From NCBI GenBank assembly GCA_963726335.1, contig CAVSCD010000014.1, positions 64,169-128,168 of the forward strand: a stretch of 64,000 nt of DNA, given 5' to 3'. Of this stretch, positions 1-9,522 are shown piece by piece; the stretch's first letter is position 1, and the number at the start of each line of letters is the position of its first letter. The stretch comes from Candidatus Aminicenantes bacterium (GTDB lineage: Bacteria > Acidobacteriota > Aminicenantia > Aminicenantales > UBA8522). The notes beneath the pieces are model-generated. The model saw nothing but the letters and a program-made list of their open reading frames with translations. It was not told the DNA's origin and searched no databases. The position numbers and the translations under genes are program-made.

Positions 1-1
1 G

Positions 2-1051
2 GCGGGCGACTGGAAATACGTTCGCGCCCCCCGGCCGGAGCTCTACAACCTCAAGTCCGACCCCGGCGAGCTGACCAACATCTTCGCTTCGTCGGGGAAC
101 GCGGCCGCCTCGATGAACGTACGCCTGGAGGCGCTCATCAAGGGCGGCGCCGGACTCGCCGCCGCCAAAGGCCGGACGCTGACCGCCGAAGAAGAGGAGC
201 GGCTCCGCTCCCTCGGCTATACGAGCTTTGCCGGCGCGAGCGCCAAGTCCGATTATCCCGACCCCAAGGATCAGCTCGAACTCCTGAAGCTCATCCAGCA
301 GGCCGAAACGGCGGATTTCGAGGGGCGTTTCCAGGAATCCGAGGACGTCTACACGAAGCTGCTGTCTCTCATTCCGGATGCACCGGCGAGTTATGTCAAC
401 CTGGCCCTGGCCCAGGCGCGGCTGAAAAAGTTCGACGACACCGTTGCCACTCTCCAACAGGGCATCTCCAAAATTCCGGACTCGGTCGTCCTGCTGGCGC
501 GGCTTGGTCACACCTATCTGGTGACGGGCCGGCTCCGGGAGTCTCTCGAAACCATGGCCAAGGTCCTCGAGATCGACCCGAATTATGTCGACGCCCTGAC
601 GGTCTCGGCGGGCGTACTGGACTCGACCGGGGCCGAAGAGGAGGCGCGCCGGTACTATGAGCGCGCCATCGCCATCGAGCCGGAAAACACGTATCTGCGC
701 CTGAGCTATGCCGCCAGCCTGGCTAAGAGCGGGCTCATCGACCGGGCCATCGACGTCTATAAGAAGCTTTGCGATGACCATCCCGGAGACGCATCGCTCC
801 GGCAGTACTTGGGCATCGCTTTCGGCGTGAAGGGCGACTATGCTTCGGCCATCGACAGCCTCAAGCAGGCCGTCTATATCCGGCCCACTCCCACCGCCTA
901 CTTCAACCTGGCCGTGGCCTACCGGAACACGGGCGATATCGGGGAAGCGATCCGGTATCTCGGCTTGTATCTCGACGACCCGGCAGGGGAGAGCGAGGCG
1001 AACATCGCCGCCGCCCGGGCCGAGCTCGCCCGGCTGAACAAAAGCAGGTAA
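2..1051 (+). CDS. Sulfatase C-terminal region fused to a TPR-repeat domain; 5' end lies outside the window
   Basis: The frame is open from nt 2 and reads ...GDWKYVRAPRPELYNLKSDPGELTNIF, which resembles a sulfatase C-terminus. It continues in frame into a roughly 300-aa run of TPR-like repeats (ORF 113..1051). Confidence 0.6.
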   Translation, partial: AGDWKYVRAPRPELYNLKSDPGELTNIFASSGNAAASMNVRLEALIKGGAGLAAAKGRTLTAEEEERLRSLGYTSFAGASAKSDYPDPKDQLELLKLIQQAETADFEGRFQESEDVYTKLLSLIPDAPASYVNLALAQARLKKFDDTVATLQQGISKIPDSVVLLARLGHTYLVTGRLRESLETMAKVLEIDPNYVDALTVSAGVLDSTGAEEEARRYYERAIAIEPENTYLRLSYAASLAKSGLIDRAIDVYKKLCDDHPGDASLRQYLGIAFGVKGDYASAIDSLKQAVYIRPTPTAYFNLAVAYRNTGDIGEAIRYLGLYLDDPAGESEANIAAARAELARLNKSR

Positions 1052-1058
1052 AAAAAAA

Positions 1059-1086
1059 GGCCCGCTCCCCGCGGGGGGAGCGGGCC
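1059..1086 (-). terminator. Intrinsic terminator hairpin with a perfect 12-bp stem (ggcccgctcccc / ggggagcgggcc) and 4-nt loop
   Basis: The hairpin is directly preceded by A8 on the plus strand, which is U8 after the hairpin on the minus strand. It lies between convergent genes, so it serves the TonB-dependent receptor gene and possibly the sulfatase gene. Confidence 0.7.
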
Positions 1087-1129
1087 GCGTGTCTGCTTCA
1101 GCTTGTGTTAGTCTGCTTTCACTCCTGCA

Positions 1130-4100
1130 TCAGAAGGAGAACCGGGCGCCGACTCTGGCGGACCATCTGGCGAACTGAGTGAGCGGCTCTTTGAAGTTGA
1201 TGGCCTTGAAGTAGGGGTCGCCAGGGGCGTTGAGCGCACTCTGCCAATCGAACGACTCCGACAGGATCTCGTCGTCCGAGATGTCCATGTTGACCCTGTT
1301 CGGAGAGTTCTCGTAGGACTGCCACGTCTTGGTGTTCGTGAAGTTATTGAGCTGGAGGTTGAGGGAGGCGGAGGTCTTGCCCAGTCTCAGCGTGTACTCG
1401 ACATAGATGTCGGCCCAGGTCGTCCACGGCATCCGGCCGAGGTCGGCGCGGTTTTCCGGGTAGATCTCGACGTTGTTGGCGTTGAGACCCGTGGTGAGAG
1501 GCATGCCGCTTCGGCTGTAGCCGACGATGCCGATCGTCAGTCCGAACGGGAAGGCGTAGGAACCGTAGGCCTTGAAGTAGTGGGTTCTGTCCTGGGGCAG
1601 CGCGCCGTCGAGCTCCTTGCCCTGCAAATCATAGGTAATGAACCAGAGGTCGAAGTACCTCTCGACGTTCGGAGAGTTCCGGTTGCCCTCGTCGGTCGAG
1701 GACAGTCCGCCATAGTTCCCCTCGGTGCTGGACAGGGTGTAGTTGACGCCGCCCTGCCAGTTGTTGCTGAACCGCTTCTCGAGAGCGAGGTTCATGGCAT
1801 AGTGCTCTCGCGTCGCCTTGGGGCAGGGCCAGTACTTGTCGTCGAACTTGCCGCCCTGGGAGATCGGCAGAGACCAGCCTTCCCCCGGGTTATCGGTGTA
1901 GTAGGCCTCGCCCTCGGGCGTCAGGACACCGATGTCTTCAATGGTCCGGATAAGGTGCTTGTTGACGAGGCGGACAGACAGGGACACGTTCTCGGCGAGC
2001 TTCTTCTCCGCGCCCAGCGAGATCTCTCTCTGGGAGACGGGCTTCATGTCCGGGTTGGTGCTGTCCCATGAGGGGATGCGCCAATCCATCGTGCCGACAT
2101 ACTTGCCGCCGGCTTCCTGGCTGGCCCGGTCGTCGAGCTTGCCGCTGGCCGCGATGAGGTCGAAGTCGGGGTTGTTGAGCTCGTAGTAGTCGGTCTTCCA
2201 CTTGAAGCCGCCGAACGCGCCCTCGGCCATGTAGAGCTTCATGACGTCATAGTAAATACCGAAGCTGCCGAAGACCTTGAGGTTCGAATCGCCGAACACA
2301 TCATAGACGAGGCCGATCCTGGGGGCGAGCTTTTCGCCGAAGTCGAACTGGACCGGTTTGGCCGAGGCGCCCTCGGCGCTCAGGTCGCTCGTGAAGGCGG
2401 GGATGTACTCGCTCTCGGTCCGGACGCCGGCATTGATGGTCAGCTTGCCGCCGATCGTCCAGGAATCCTGGAGGTAGAGCGACCAGCTGTTCCGGTGAAT
2501 GTTCCAGTTCCAGCCGTAGATCGAGGTCCAGCCGCTGCGGATCTGGTAGTGCCCGTACTTGCCCATGACGGGCAGCCCGGTGGCCAGGCCGTAGTAGCCC
2601 CGGCCCCAATTGAGGGTGATCCTCGGAAAGGGGGCGACCCGGGACACGTCTTCCTGGTCGCGGATCCACTGCACGCCCCCTTTAAAGGCATGCTCGCCGC
2701 CGAGGTTCGCGTAGTAGGTGAGGTCCGAGTTCACGGAGTACTTCTCGAGCTTGTATTGCTGCGTTTCCTGCCACATGGAGGAATTCGCATAACCGGCGTA
2801 ATGGAGCTTGCTCGGGTTGGCCACGTAGTAGGGGTCGGTCTGGTAGATGTAGTTGCTGTAATTGAAATAGTAGGACGTTCCGGTCGGGGCGATCTGCTGG
2901 TTCGTGGTGTCCGACATGGCGTAGCCGCCGCGGACGCTCATCAGCAGGCTGTTGCTGATGCTGTAGTCGAGGAGGGCGGCCGCGCTGTAGTTGGGATAAT
3001 CGTACCCTTCCGCGTCCCATGCATAGGTCGAGCTGCTCGTGCCGTTGATGCTCGGAATGGCTCCCCTGTAGTTGGACCAGTTGTTGACGAAGCTGGCCGA
3101 AATCCTCATCCCGGCGAGCGGGGCGGCGGTCAGCTTGAACTGGCCGTTCCAGACGTGATCATACCGGTTAAATTCCTGGGTCCGCACTTCGGGGTGAGCG
3201 GAATCGAAGCCGCGCATGCCTGTCTCGTTGCTGTACTGGGGGTTGAACGACCCGAAGAACCACAGCCTGTCTTTCCAGAGATAGCCGCCCAGGCTGAAGA
3301 CGCCTTCAAGGCGCGTGTAAGGATCGCGGCCGGAGCCGCCGTCAAAATAGAGGTCGTCGTCGTTGACGTATTGCCAGACCTCGTCGTCGTAGGGATCCCA
3401 GCGGCCGTAATCGCGGGCCTTCCCGTACATCACCGTGCTGCGATCCTCATAGAAGCCGATGATGTCCCCATGGAAGCTGTTGCCGCCGGACCGGGTGATG
3501 ACGTTGACGACGCCGCCCATCGAGCCGCCGAACTCGGCGTTGTACCCGGACGCCGTGACCTTGACTTCCTCGACGAGCTCCATGACCGCGCCCTGGCCTC
3601 TCGTGCCGATGTGGGGCTGGGTGATGTCCGAGCCGTCCATGTACCACATGTTCTCGGTTCCGGTCGCGCCGTCGACGAGCAGTCCGCCGCCGACGTTGTC
3701 ATACTGGACGCCGGGGACCGTGCTCAGCAGGCCGTCGAAGTTCCGGCTCCGGGGCAGGCTCATGAACATTTCCTTGGTCATGGTCATGCCCTTGACCGTG
3801 CTCTTGACGTCGATCAACGGGCTCTGTCCGACAACCGTGACCTGCTCTTCGATCGCCGCCTGCGTCAGGGTGACGTTGATGACGATGGTCTGGGACATCT
3901 GTAGGAGAATGTCTTTCCGGACCAGGGTTCTGAACCCCTGGAGGGAAAAGGACATCTCGTAGGTCCCGGAAGGCAGGGCCAGCAACCGGAAGCTGCCGCC
4001 GTCGTCCGTAACAGTCGCTGCTTTTCCGACCAGTTTGGGGCTGATCGCTTCAACCGTGACGCCGGGGAGGGCGTTGCCCTGGTCATCGGCCACTTTGCCG

Positions 4101-4192
4101 GTGATCTTGCCTTCCTGGGCAGCGACAAACCCGACTGTCACGAAGAACGCAAGAAAAGCGAATGTCAATGCTTTCTTACTCATTCTCTGCAA
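1130..4192 (-). CDS. TonB-dependent outer-membrane receptor with N-terminal carboxypeptidase-regulatory-like domain
   Basis: The 1020-aa product has a signal peptide, a CarboxypepD_reg-like N-terminal domain (GKITGKVADDQGNALPGVTVEA...), a plug and a barrel, and a C-terminal ...RFSF ending in Phe as in OMP beta-barrels. Confidence 0.85.
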   Translation of the reverse strand: MQRMSKKALTFAFLAFFVTVGFVAAQEGKITGKVADDQGNALPGVTVEAISPKLVGKAATVTDDGGSFRLLALPSGTYEMSFSLQGFRTLVRKDILLQMSQTIVINVTLTQAAIEEQVTVVGQSPLIDVKSTVKGMTMTKEMFMSLPRSRNFDGLLSTVPGVQYDNVGGGLLVDGATGTENMWYMDGSDITQPHIGTRGQGAVMELVEEVKVTASGYNAEFGGSMGGVVNVITRSGGNSFHGDIIGFYEDRSTVMYGKARDYGRWDPYDDEVWQYVNDDDLYFDGGSGRDPYTRLEGVFSLGGYLWKDRLWFFGSFNPQYSNETGMRGFDSAHPEVRTQEFNRYDHVWNGQFKLTAAPLAGMRISASFVNNWSNYRGAIPSINGTSSSTYAWDAEGYDYPNYSAAALLDYSISNSLLMSVRGGYAMSDTTNQQIAPTGTSYYFNYSNYIYQTDPYYVANPSKLHYAGYANSSMWQETQQYKLEKYSVNSDLTYYANLGGEHAFKGGVQWIRDQEDVSRVAPFPRITLNWGRGYYGLATGLPVMGKYGHYQIRSGWTSIYGWNWNIHRNSWSLYLQDSWTIGGKLTINAGVRTESEYIPAFTSDLSAEGASAKPVQFDFGEKLAPRIGLVYDVFGDSNLKVFGSFGIYYDVMKLYMAEGAFGGFKWKTDYYELNNPDFDLIAASGKLDDRASQEAGGKYVGTMDWRIPSWDSTNPDMKPVSQREISLGAEKKLAENVSLSVRLVNKHLIRTIEDIGVLTPEGEAYYTDNPGEGWSLPISQGGKFDDKYWPCPKATREHYAMNLALEKRFSNNWQGGVNYTLSSTEGNYGGLSSTDEGNRNSPNVERYFDLWFITYDLQGKELDGALPQDRTHYFKAYGSYAFPFGLTIGIVGYSRSGMPLTTGLNANNVEIYPENRADLGRMPWTTWADIYVEYTLRLGKTSASLNLQLNNFTNTKTWQSYENSPNRVNMDISDDEILSESFDWQSALNAPGDPYFKAINFKEPLTQFARWSARVGARFSF

Positions 4193-4356
4193 AACTCCTT
4201 TTTATCGAGAATCCAACCCTGGAGCGGGAATCCGCGCCCCACTCCTACCCTTCATCCAAGACAGAAAAAATCGACGATTCTCACCTCCTTTAGAAGTTAG
4301 CATTTTAGACATTCCGTATAATTGATTTGCAAGATATATGCCAAGTTGAAATGTTA

Positions 4357-4383
4357 TTAAATCATTTGTATTAAATGATTTAA
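4357..4383. promoter_or_regulatory. Perfect 11-5-11 inverted repeat ttaaatcattt-gtatt-aaatgatttaa in an AT-rich island; candidate operator
   Basis: Read directly from the sequence. It sits about 165 bp upstream of the TonB-receptor start codon inside a roughly 280-bp AT-rich gap in an otherwise 65% GC region. Confidence 0.45.
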
Positions 4384-4425
4384 GTAGTCAATGAAGAGGG
4401 GCATTATCCAAAATAATGAATTCCG

Positions 4426-4439
4426 TTCAATTAATTGAA
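4426..4439. promoter_or_regulatory. Perfect 14-bp palindrome ttcaattaattgaa; candidate operator or binding site
   Basis: Read directly from the sequence. It lies in the same AT-rich island, about 35 bp downstream of the stop codon of the GWxTD-like gene. Confidence 0.4.
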
Positions 4440-4473
4440 TGGCACTGCCTGGCGGGAGGCCGCCTGGCGGGGG

Positions 4474-5115
4474 TCATAGGAGGGATTTCAGCTCATCGAG
4501 CCTTAAGTTGTACTCCTCAGGGTTGCGAATGGGAAAGGTGTTTTCTTTGCTCCAGATTTCCAGAGCGCCGAGGTACCGGTTCCCGTCAAAGCCTGTCGGT
4601 GCCAGCCGCCATTCATTCGGCGGCTTAAAATAAAACATATACTGAACCAAGTATTTATCGTAGCGGTATATCCAGATCTCAAGCGTGTTGGCGGAGATAT
4701 CTTCGTTGGTCCGGTCGCCGCTCGATGTCACTCCCGCCCCGAAACCGTGCCCCATCGTCCAGTCCTCATTCTGTTTGAGCTCGACGTCATTCGGCGGGCC
4801 GTTGAGAAGGTAGATGCGGCCCCGGTCGCAGTTCCACGGCTGGCGGGAGTTGTCCCTTTTGTACGTCTTCATGACGTAGTCCATTCTTTCGTCGAAGACC
4901 TTTTTGGATTTCGGGTCGCGGGCCTCCCAGAAGGCCGTTTGAAATTCCAGCCGGGCCGCGGGCGAGAGCTCCTTGTAGGTTCGGCGCTCGAAATCCTGCA
5001 TGATGTAATAGTGTTTCGTGTACCACTCGTCATGGGAGGGCATGCCTTTGACCCCGCAGGCCGCGAAGACCAGCAGGGCCGCCGGGACGAGCCAAAGACA
5101 CTGTCGTTTTTTCAT
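4474..5115 (-). CDS. GWxTD-domain-like lipoprotein (the motif appears here as PWNCDRGRIYLLNGPPNDVE)
   Basis: The likely start is MKKRQCLWLVPAALLVFAACG, a lipoprotein signal with a Cys lipobox. The arrangement FW.ARDP...(G/P)W.(T/C)DRGRIY..GPP matches the GWxTD family layout. The longer ORF upstream of this Met is probably not translated. Confidence 0.55.
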   Translation of the reverse strand: MKKRQCLWLVPAALLVFAACGVKGMPSHDEWYTKHYYIMQDFERRTYKELSPAARLEFQTAFWEARDPKSKKVFDERMDYVMKTYKRDNSRQPWNCDRGRIYLLNGPPNDVELKQNEDWTMGHGFGAGVTSSGDRTNEDISANTLEIWIYRYDKYLVQYMFYFKPPNEWRLAPTGFDGNRYLGALEIWSKENTFPIRNPEEYNLRLDELKSLL

Positions 5116-5230
5116 GGCGATCTGCCTCCCCGGGAGAATCCGTCCCCCGCAACGGTAACCTGAATTCATGTAAACACAGGCCCCCTCGATTGTCAATCTT
5201 CCGAAGACTGCGCTGATCATCTACTGCGGC

Positions 5231-5374
5231 CGGGAAAGCCGACGGGTGGCTCGATTCGGGGGCCCCCCGCCGACCGAACGTTTGATGCCGATGTCTCCGC
5301 GGTTTGAAATTAGCTGGATGGGCCGTTCGGGCGCCGGGGGTGAATCGGGCCAGGCCCCGTCGGCCTTTCCGGCC
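5231..5374 (+). repeat. Copy 1 of a dispersed GC-rich intergenic repeat with a core of cgattcggggg-cccccc-gccgaccgaacg...gggccgttcgggcgccgggggtgaatcg
   Basis: It is nearly identical to the reverse complement of 12698-12795. The ends are self-complementary (gccgacggg ... cccgtcggc). Confidence 0.7.
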
Positions 5375-5384
5375 GCAACCTGAC

Positions 5385-5413
5385 TTGTCGGTTCACCGGA
5401 TTTCGTCTATAAT
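5385..5413 (+). promoter_or_regulatory. Sigma70-like promoter for ileS (TTGTCG, 17-nt spacer, TATAAT)
   Basis: The -10 hexamer is a perfect TATAAT with a 17-nt spacer, placed about 30 nt upstream of the ileS ATG. Confidence 0.55.
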
Positions 5414-5444
5414 CGCAAGTTAATTCGGTGCCGCGGAGATTCAG

Positions 5445-8228
5445 ATGCCTGAAGAACTGGATATCAAGGGCACGCTCAACCTGCCCCAGACCTCTTTCTC
5501 GATGAAAGCGAAGCTCGCCCAGAAAGAGCCCGAAATGCTCAAGAGATGGACCGAGACGGGACTCTACGGCAAGATCCTGGACAGCCGGCGGGGCGCCCCG
5601 GCGTTCGTCCTCCACGACGGACCGCCCTATGCCAACGGGCACATCCACCTGGGGACGACGATGAACAAGATCCTCAAGGATTTCATCGTCAAGTCGCGCA
5701 CCATGATGGGGTTCCTCGCGCCCTACGTGCCCGGCTGGGACTGCCACGGCCTGCCGATCGAGATGCACGTGGACAAGGCACTCGGTCCCAGAAAAAAGGA
5801 TATGTCGACGATCGCCGTCCGCGAGGAATGCAGGAACTATGCCCTGAAGTTCATCGACATCCAGCGCGCCGAGTTTCGCAGGCTCGGGGTCTTGGGAGAC
5901 TGGGAGAATCCCTATCTCACCATGAACCCGGCCTACGAGGCCGATGTCCTTCGCCTCCTGGCCGCCTTCTTTAAATCCGGGAACGTTTACAAAGGCCTGC
6001 GGCCCGTCTACTGGTGCCCCCACGATCAGACCGCCCTGGCCGAGGCGGAGATTGAGTATAAGGACAAGACTTCGCCCTCCATCTATGTAAAATTCCCGAT
6101 GGTTTCGGACCTCTCGGCGAAGTTCCCGGCGCTCGCCGGCAAACCGGTCTCGGTTATTATCTGGACGACGACGCCCTGGACTCTCCCGGCGAACCTGGCC
6201 ATCGCCTTCCACCCCGATTACGATTATGTGGCCTTCGAGGTCCAGGAGCGGGGCGAGGTCTTTATCGTGGCCAAAAGGCTCCTCCCGGTCGTTGCGGAAG
6301 AGCTGGGATTCAAGGACGCTCTGATCCTCGCGACTTTTCCGGGAAAGGAGCTCGAGGGGCTCAAGGCCCGCCATCCTTGGATCGACCGCGAGTCTCGCCT
6401 GGTGCTGGCCACCTATGTGACCCTCGAGGACGGCACCGGGGCGGTGCACACGGCTCCGGGCCACGGCCAGGAAGACTATCTCACCGGTCTGGCCTATGAC
6501 ATCGAGATCTACGCTCCCGTGGACAACGAAGGCAAGTTCATTCCGCAGGTCGACCGCTACGCCGGCCTGAGCGTTTTCGAGGCCAACTCTATCATCACCG
6601 CCGACATGAAAAGGGAGGGGACGCTGCTCAAGGAAAGCAAAGTCAGCCACTCCTATCCCCACTGCTGGCGATGCAAGAACCCGGTGATTTTCCGGGCGAC
6701 CTCCCAGTGGTTCATCTCCATGGACGCGGCCGGACTCCGGGCCCGGGCCCTCGAGGAGATCGGAAAGGTGCGCTGGATCCCGCCGTGGGGCGAGGAGCGG
6801 ATGGCCAACATGGTGGCGGCCCGGCCCGACTGGTGCATCAGCCGCCAGCGGATGTGGGGCGTGCCCATCCCGGCCTTCGAGTGCCGGTCCTGCGGCGAGG
6901 TGCTTGCCTCCGAGGCCATCACTCACCACGTCGCGGACATCTTCGGCCGCGAGGGCTCGAACTCCTGGTTCGTCCGGGACGCCCCGGACCTGGTCCCTGC
7001 CGGCACGAAGTGCCCGCGGTGCGGTTCGGCGGACTTCGTCAAGGAGAGCAACATCCTCGATGTCTGGTTCGAGTCGGGCGCGAGCCACGCCATTCTCGGC
7101 AAGCGGCCGGATCTGCCGTGGCCGGCCGACGTCTACATCGAGGGCACCGACCAGTACCGCGGCTGGTTCAACAGCTCGCTTCTCGTCGGCGCCGGCGCGA
7201 AAGGCGGCTCCCCCTACAAGACCTGCATCACCCACGGGTTCGTGCTGGACGAGCAGGGGAGGGCGATGTCGAAATCGCTCGGCAACGTCATCGAACCCGA
7301 GACCATCATTTCCAAAAACGGGGCCGAGATCCTCCGGCTCTGGGTGGCGATGCTGAACTTCAAGGAGGACACGCGGCTGGGCGACGAAGTCCTGGGGCGG
7401 CTGGTGGACGCCTACCGCAAGCTCCGGAACACCTGGCGCTTTCTCCTGGGCAACCTCTATGATTTCGCGCCCGACACGGACGCGCTCGCCAAGGCTGACC
7501 TGCTCCTCCTCGACCGCTGGGCGCTCGACCGGACGGCCGAGGCCGGGCGGCGGATCCTCAAGGCCTACGAAGACTACGAGTACCACACCGTCTTCCATAC
7601 GATCTTCAGCTTCTTCACGGTCGACCTCAGCGCCGTTTATCTCGACGTCCTGAAGGACCGGCTCTACTGCTCGGCCAAGGGCTCCCGGCTCCGCCGCTCC
7701 GCCCAGACCGCGCTCTTCCGGATCCTCCGGGACACGCTCGAGCTCATGGCCCCGGTCCTGCCGTTCACGGCCGAAGAGGCCTGGGAGAGCATGCCCGAGT
7801 TCGCCGGCAAAGAGGGATCCGTCCATCTCCGCCTCTTCCCCGCGTACGGAGAATCCTGGCTCGAGCCGGACGTCCGGGCGGACATGGACCGGCTGCTCAC
7901 CCTCCGGGAGACGGTCCTCAAGGCCCTCGAAACCGCCCGCGAGGACAAGCGGATCGGGAACTCGCTCGAGGCCGAGGTGCGGCTCAAGCTGCCGATGGAT
8001 GACCGGGCGCTGGCCGACGCGCACCGCGGCGACCTGTGTTCACTGTTCATTGTTTCCTCCGTCGTCATCGAGCCCGAACCGGCCGGGGCGGTCGAAGTCT
8101 CGGTGAGCCGGGCTCCGGGAAAGAAATGCGAGCGGTGCTGGAACTACAGCCCCGATGTCGGGACGAGCGCTGCCCACCCCGGGTTCTGCCGGCGGTGCGA
8201 AGACGTCGTCGAGGGGCGGCAGCGATGA
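5445..8228 (+). CDS. ileS: Isoleucine--tRNA ligase
   Basis: The 927-aa product carries class I aminoacyl-tRNA synthetase HIGH/KMSKS-type motifs ([11 protein letters not shown] ... KMSKS) and a C-terminal Zn-finger (CERCW...CRRCE). Confidence 0.95.
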   Translation: MPEELDIKGTLNLPQTSFSMKAKLAQKEPEMLKRWTETGLYGKILDSRRGAPAFVLHDGPPYANGHIHLGTTMNKILKDFIVKSRTMMGFLAPYVPGWDCHGLPIEMHVDKALGPRKKDMSTIAVREECRNYALKFIDIQRAEFRRLGVLGDWENPYLTMNPAYEADVLRLLAAFFKSGNVYKGLRPVYWCPHDQTALAEAEIEYKDKTSPSIYVKFPMVSDLSAKFPALAGKPVSVIIWTTTPWTLPANLAIAFHPDYDYVAFEVQERGEVFIVAKRLLPVVAEELGFKDALILATFPGKELEGLKARHPWIDRESRLVLATYVTLEDGTGAVHTAPGHGQEDYLTGLAYDIEIYAPVDNEGKFIPQVDRYAGLSVFEANSIITADMKREGTLLKESKVSHSYPHCWRCKNPVIFRATSQWFISMDAAGLRARALEEIGKVRWIPPWGEERMANMVAARPDWCISRQRMWGVPIPAFECRSCGEVLASEAITHHVADIFGREGSNSWFVRDAPDLVPAGTKCPRCGSADFVKESNILDVWFESGASHAILGKRPDLPWPADVYIEGTDQYRGWFNSSLLVGAGAKGGSPYKTCITHGFVLDEQGRAMSKSLGNVIEPETIISKNGAEILRLWVAMLNFKEDTRLGDEVLGRLVDAYRKLRNTWRFLLGNLYDFAPDTDALAKADLLLLDRWALDRTAEAGRRILKAYEDYEYHTVFHTIFSFFTVDLSAVYLDVLKDRLYCSAKGSRLRRSAQTALFRILRDTLELMAPVLPFTAEEAWESMPEFAGKEGSVHLRLFPAYGESWLEPDVRADMDRLLTLRETVLKALETAREDKRIGNSLEAEVRLKLPMDDRALADAHRGDLCSLFIVSSVVIEPEPAGAVEVSVSRAPGKKCERCWNYSPDVGTSAAHPGFCRRCEDVVEGRQR

Positions 8229-8722
8229 ACAGGACCTCCGCCTATCTCGCGCTCATCGCGGCGCTCGTCATCCTCGACCAGCTCGCGAAGTCCCTCGTCG
8301 CCCGCTCGGTGGAGCTCTACGGGAGCGTCCCCGTGATCCCGGGGTTCTTCAACATCACGCGCATCCATAACAACGGGGCGATCTTCGGCGCCTTTTCCGG
8401 CCCCGGCGGCAGCGGCGTCATCCCCTTCCTGACGGCGGCTTCGCTCATCGCTCTGGGGCTCGTGGTGTACTATTTCATCAAAACCCCGGCTTCGGACGGC
8501 AGGGTCAAGCTGGCCCTCTCGCTCATCTTGGCCGGCGCCATGGGCAATCTCGTCGACCGCGTCGCCCGGGGTTTCGTCGTCGATTTTCTGGACTTCTACG
8601 TCGGCCGCTGGCACTGGCCGTTCTTCAATGTCGCCGATTCGTGCATCACGATCGGCGCCCTGCTGCTCATCCTCTTTTTCGTCATCAGGAAACCGGCATG
8701 TTCCCCGTCCTCTTCCGCCTAG
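8225..8722 (+). CDS. lspA: Lipoprotein signal peptidase II
   Basis: The start overlaps the ileS stop as ATGA. The product is membrane-spanning with NNGAIFG and FNVAD motifs. ileS-lspA linkage is the conserved arrangement. Confidence 0.9.
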   Translation: MNRTSAYLALIAALVILDQLAKSLVARSVELYGSVPVIPGFFNITRIHNNGAIFGAFSGPGGSGVIPFLTAASLIALGLVVYYFIKTPASDGRVKLALSLILAGAMGNLVDRVARGFVVDFLDFYVGRWHWPFFNVADSCITIGALLLILFFVIRKPACSPSSSA

Positions 8723-9522
8723 GCCCGCTCACCGTCCACTCCTACGGCCTGCTGATGGCCGCGGGCGTCGGGCTCGGACTCTGGTTCCTGTACGCCCAGT
8801 CGAAGAAGCAGGGCTTGGATGCGGTCCGGGTCGCCGACGCCGGTTTCTACACGATCCTCGTGGCGCTCGTCGGCGCCAAGCTCGTCCTGCTCGTCAAGGA
8901 CTTTTCATTTTACACGCGCACTCCGAGCGAGCTGCTGAGCCTCGCCCGCTCGGGCGGCGTGTTCCAGGGCGGCCTGGCGTTCGGGGTCGTCTTCGCCCTG
9001 TGGTATTTCCGCAAGCGCCGGCTCCCCACCTGGAAGCTCGCGGATATCGTCGGTCCCGCCCTGGCCCTGGGCCATGCCTTCGGCCGGGTCGGCTGCTTCC
9101 TGGCGGGCTGCTGCTACGGCCGCGCCTGCGAGGCCCCGGTCGGGGTGACGTACCGGAGCGATTATGCCCACGGTCTTACCGGCATCCCGCTCGGCGAGAA
9201 GCTCTACCCGGTCCAGCTCTTCGAGGCCGCGCTCAACGTCCTCAATTTCGCCGTCCTTTTCCTGATCCTCCGGCGAAAGAGGTTCGACGGCCAGGTCTTC
9301 GCCTTTTACATCCTGAATTATTCGGTCATCCGGTTCTTCACGGAATACTTCCGGGGCGACCATTCGGGGCCGACCTACCTCATCCAGGGCGCATCCCCAT
9401 GGGCCAGTCTGACTTATCCCCAGTTCTTCAGCCTGGTGGGCTTCGCCGCCGCCCTGCTCCTGATGATGTTCATGAGGAAAAGGCCCGCGGGGGCGGCCGG
9501 TCAGGACCGGACCGCCAGATAG
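8698..9522 (+). CDS. lgt: Prolipoprotein diacylglyceryl transferase
   Basis: The product begins [19 protein letters not shown] and contains the Lgt signature GRVGCFLAGCCYG. The start overlaps the lspA 3' end. Confidence 0.9.
   Translation: MFPVLFRLGPLTVHSYGLLMAAGVGLGLWFLYAQSKKQGLDAVRVADAGFYTILVALVGAKLVLLVKDFSFYTRTPSELLSLARSGGVFQGGLAFGVVFALWYFRKRRLPTWKLADIVGPALALGHAFGRVGCFLAGCCYGRACEAPVGVTYRSDYAHGLTGIPLGEKLYPVQLFEAALNVLNFAVLFLILRRKRFDGQVFAFYILNYSVIRFFTEYFRGDHSGPTYLIQGASPWASLTYPQFFSLVGFAAALLLMMFMRKRPAGAAGQDRTAR

Noticed and set aside
5310-8024. 904-aa ORF antisense to ileS. Other long antisense ORFs are at 10509..12971, 40751..43324, 51221..53356, 54169..56688, 32329..34371 and 34336..35871.
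   Set aside because: These are typical stop-codon-poor antisense frames of high-GC DNA. The products are low-complexity Arg/Gly/Pro/Asp-rich with no recognisable domain, and each fully overlaps a strongly supported conserved gene on the opposite strand.
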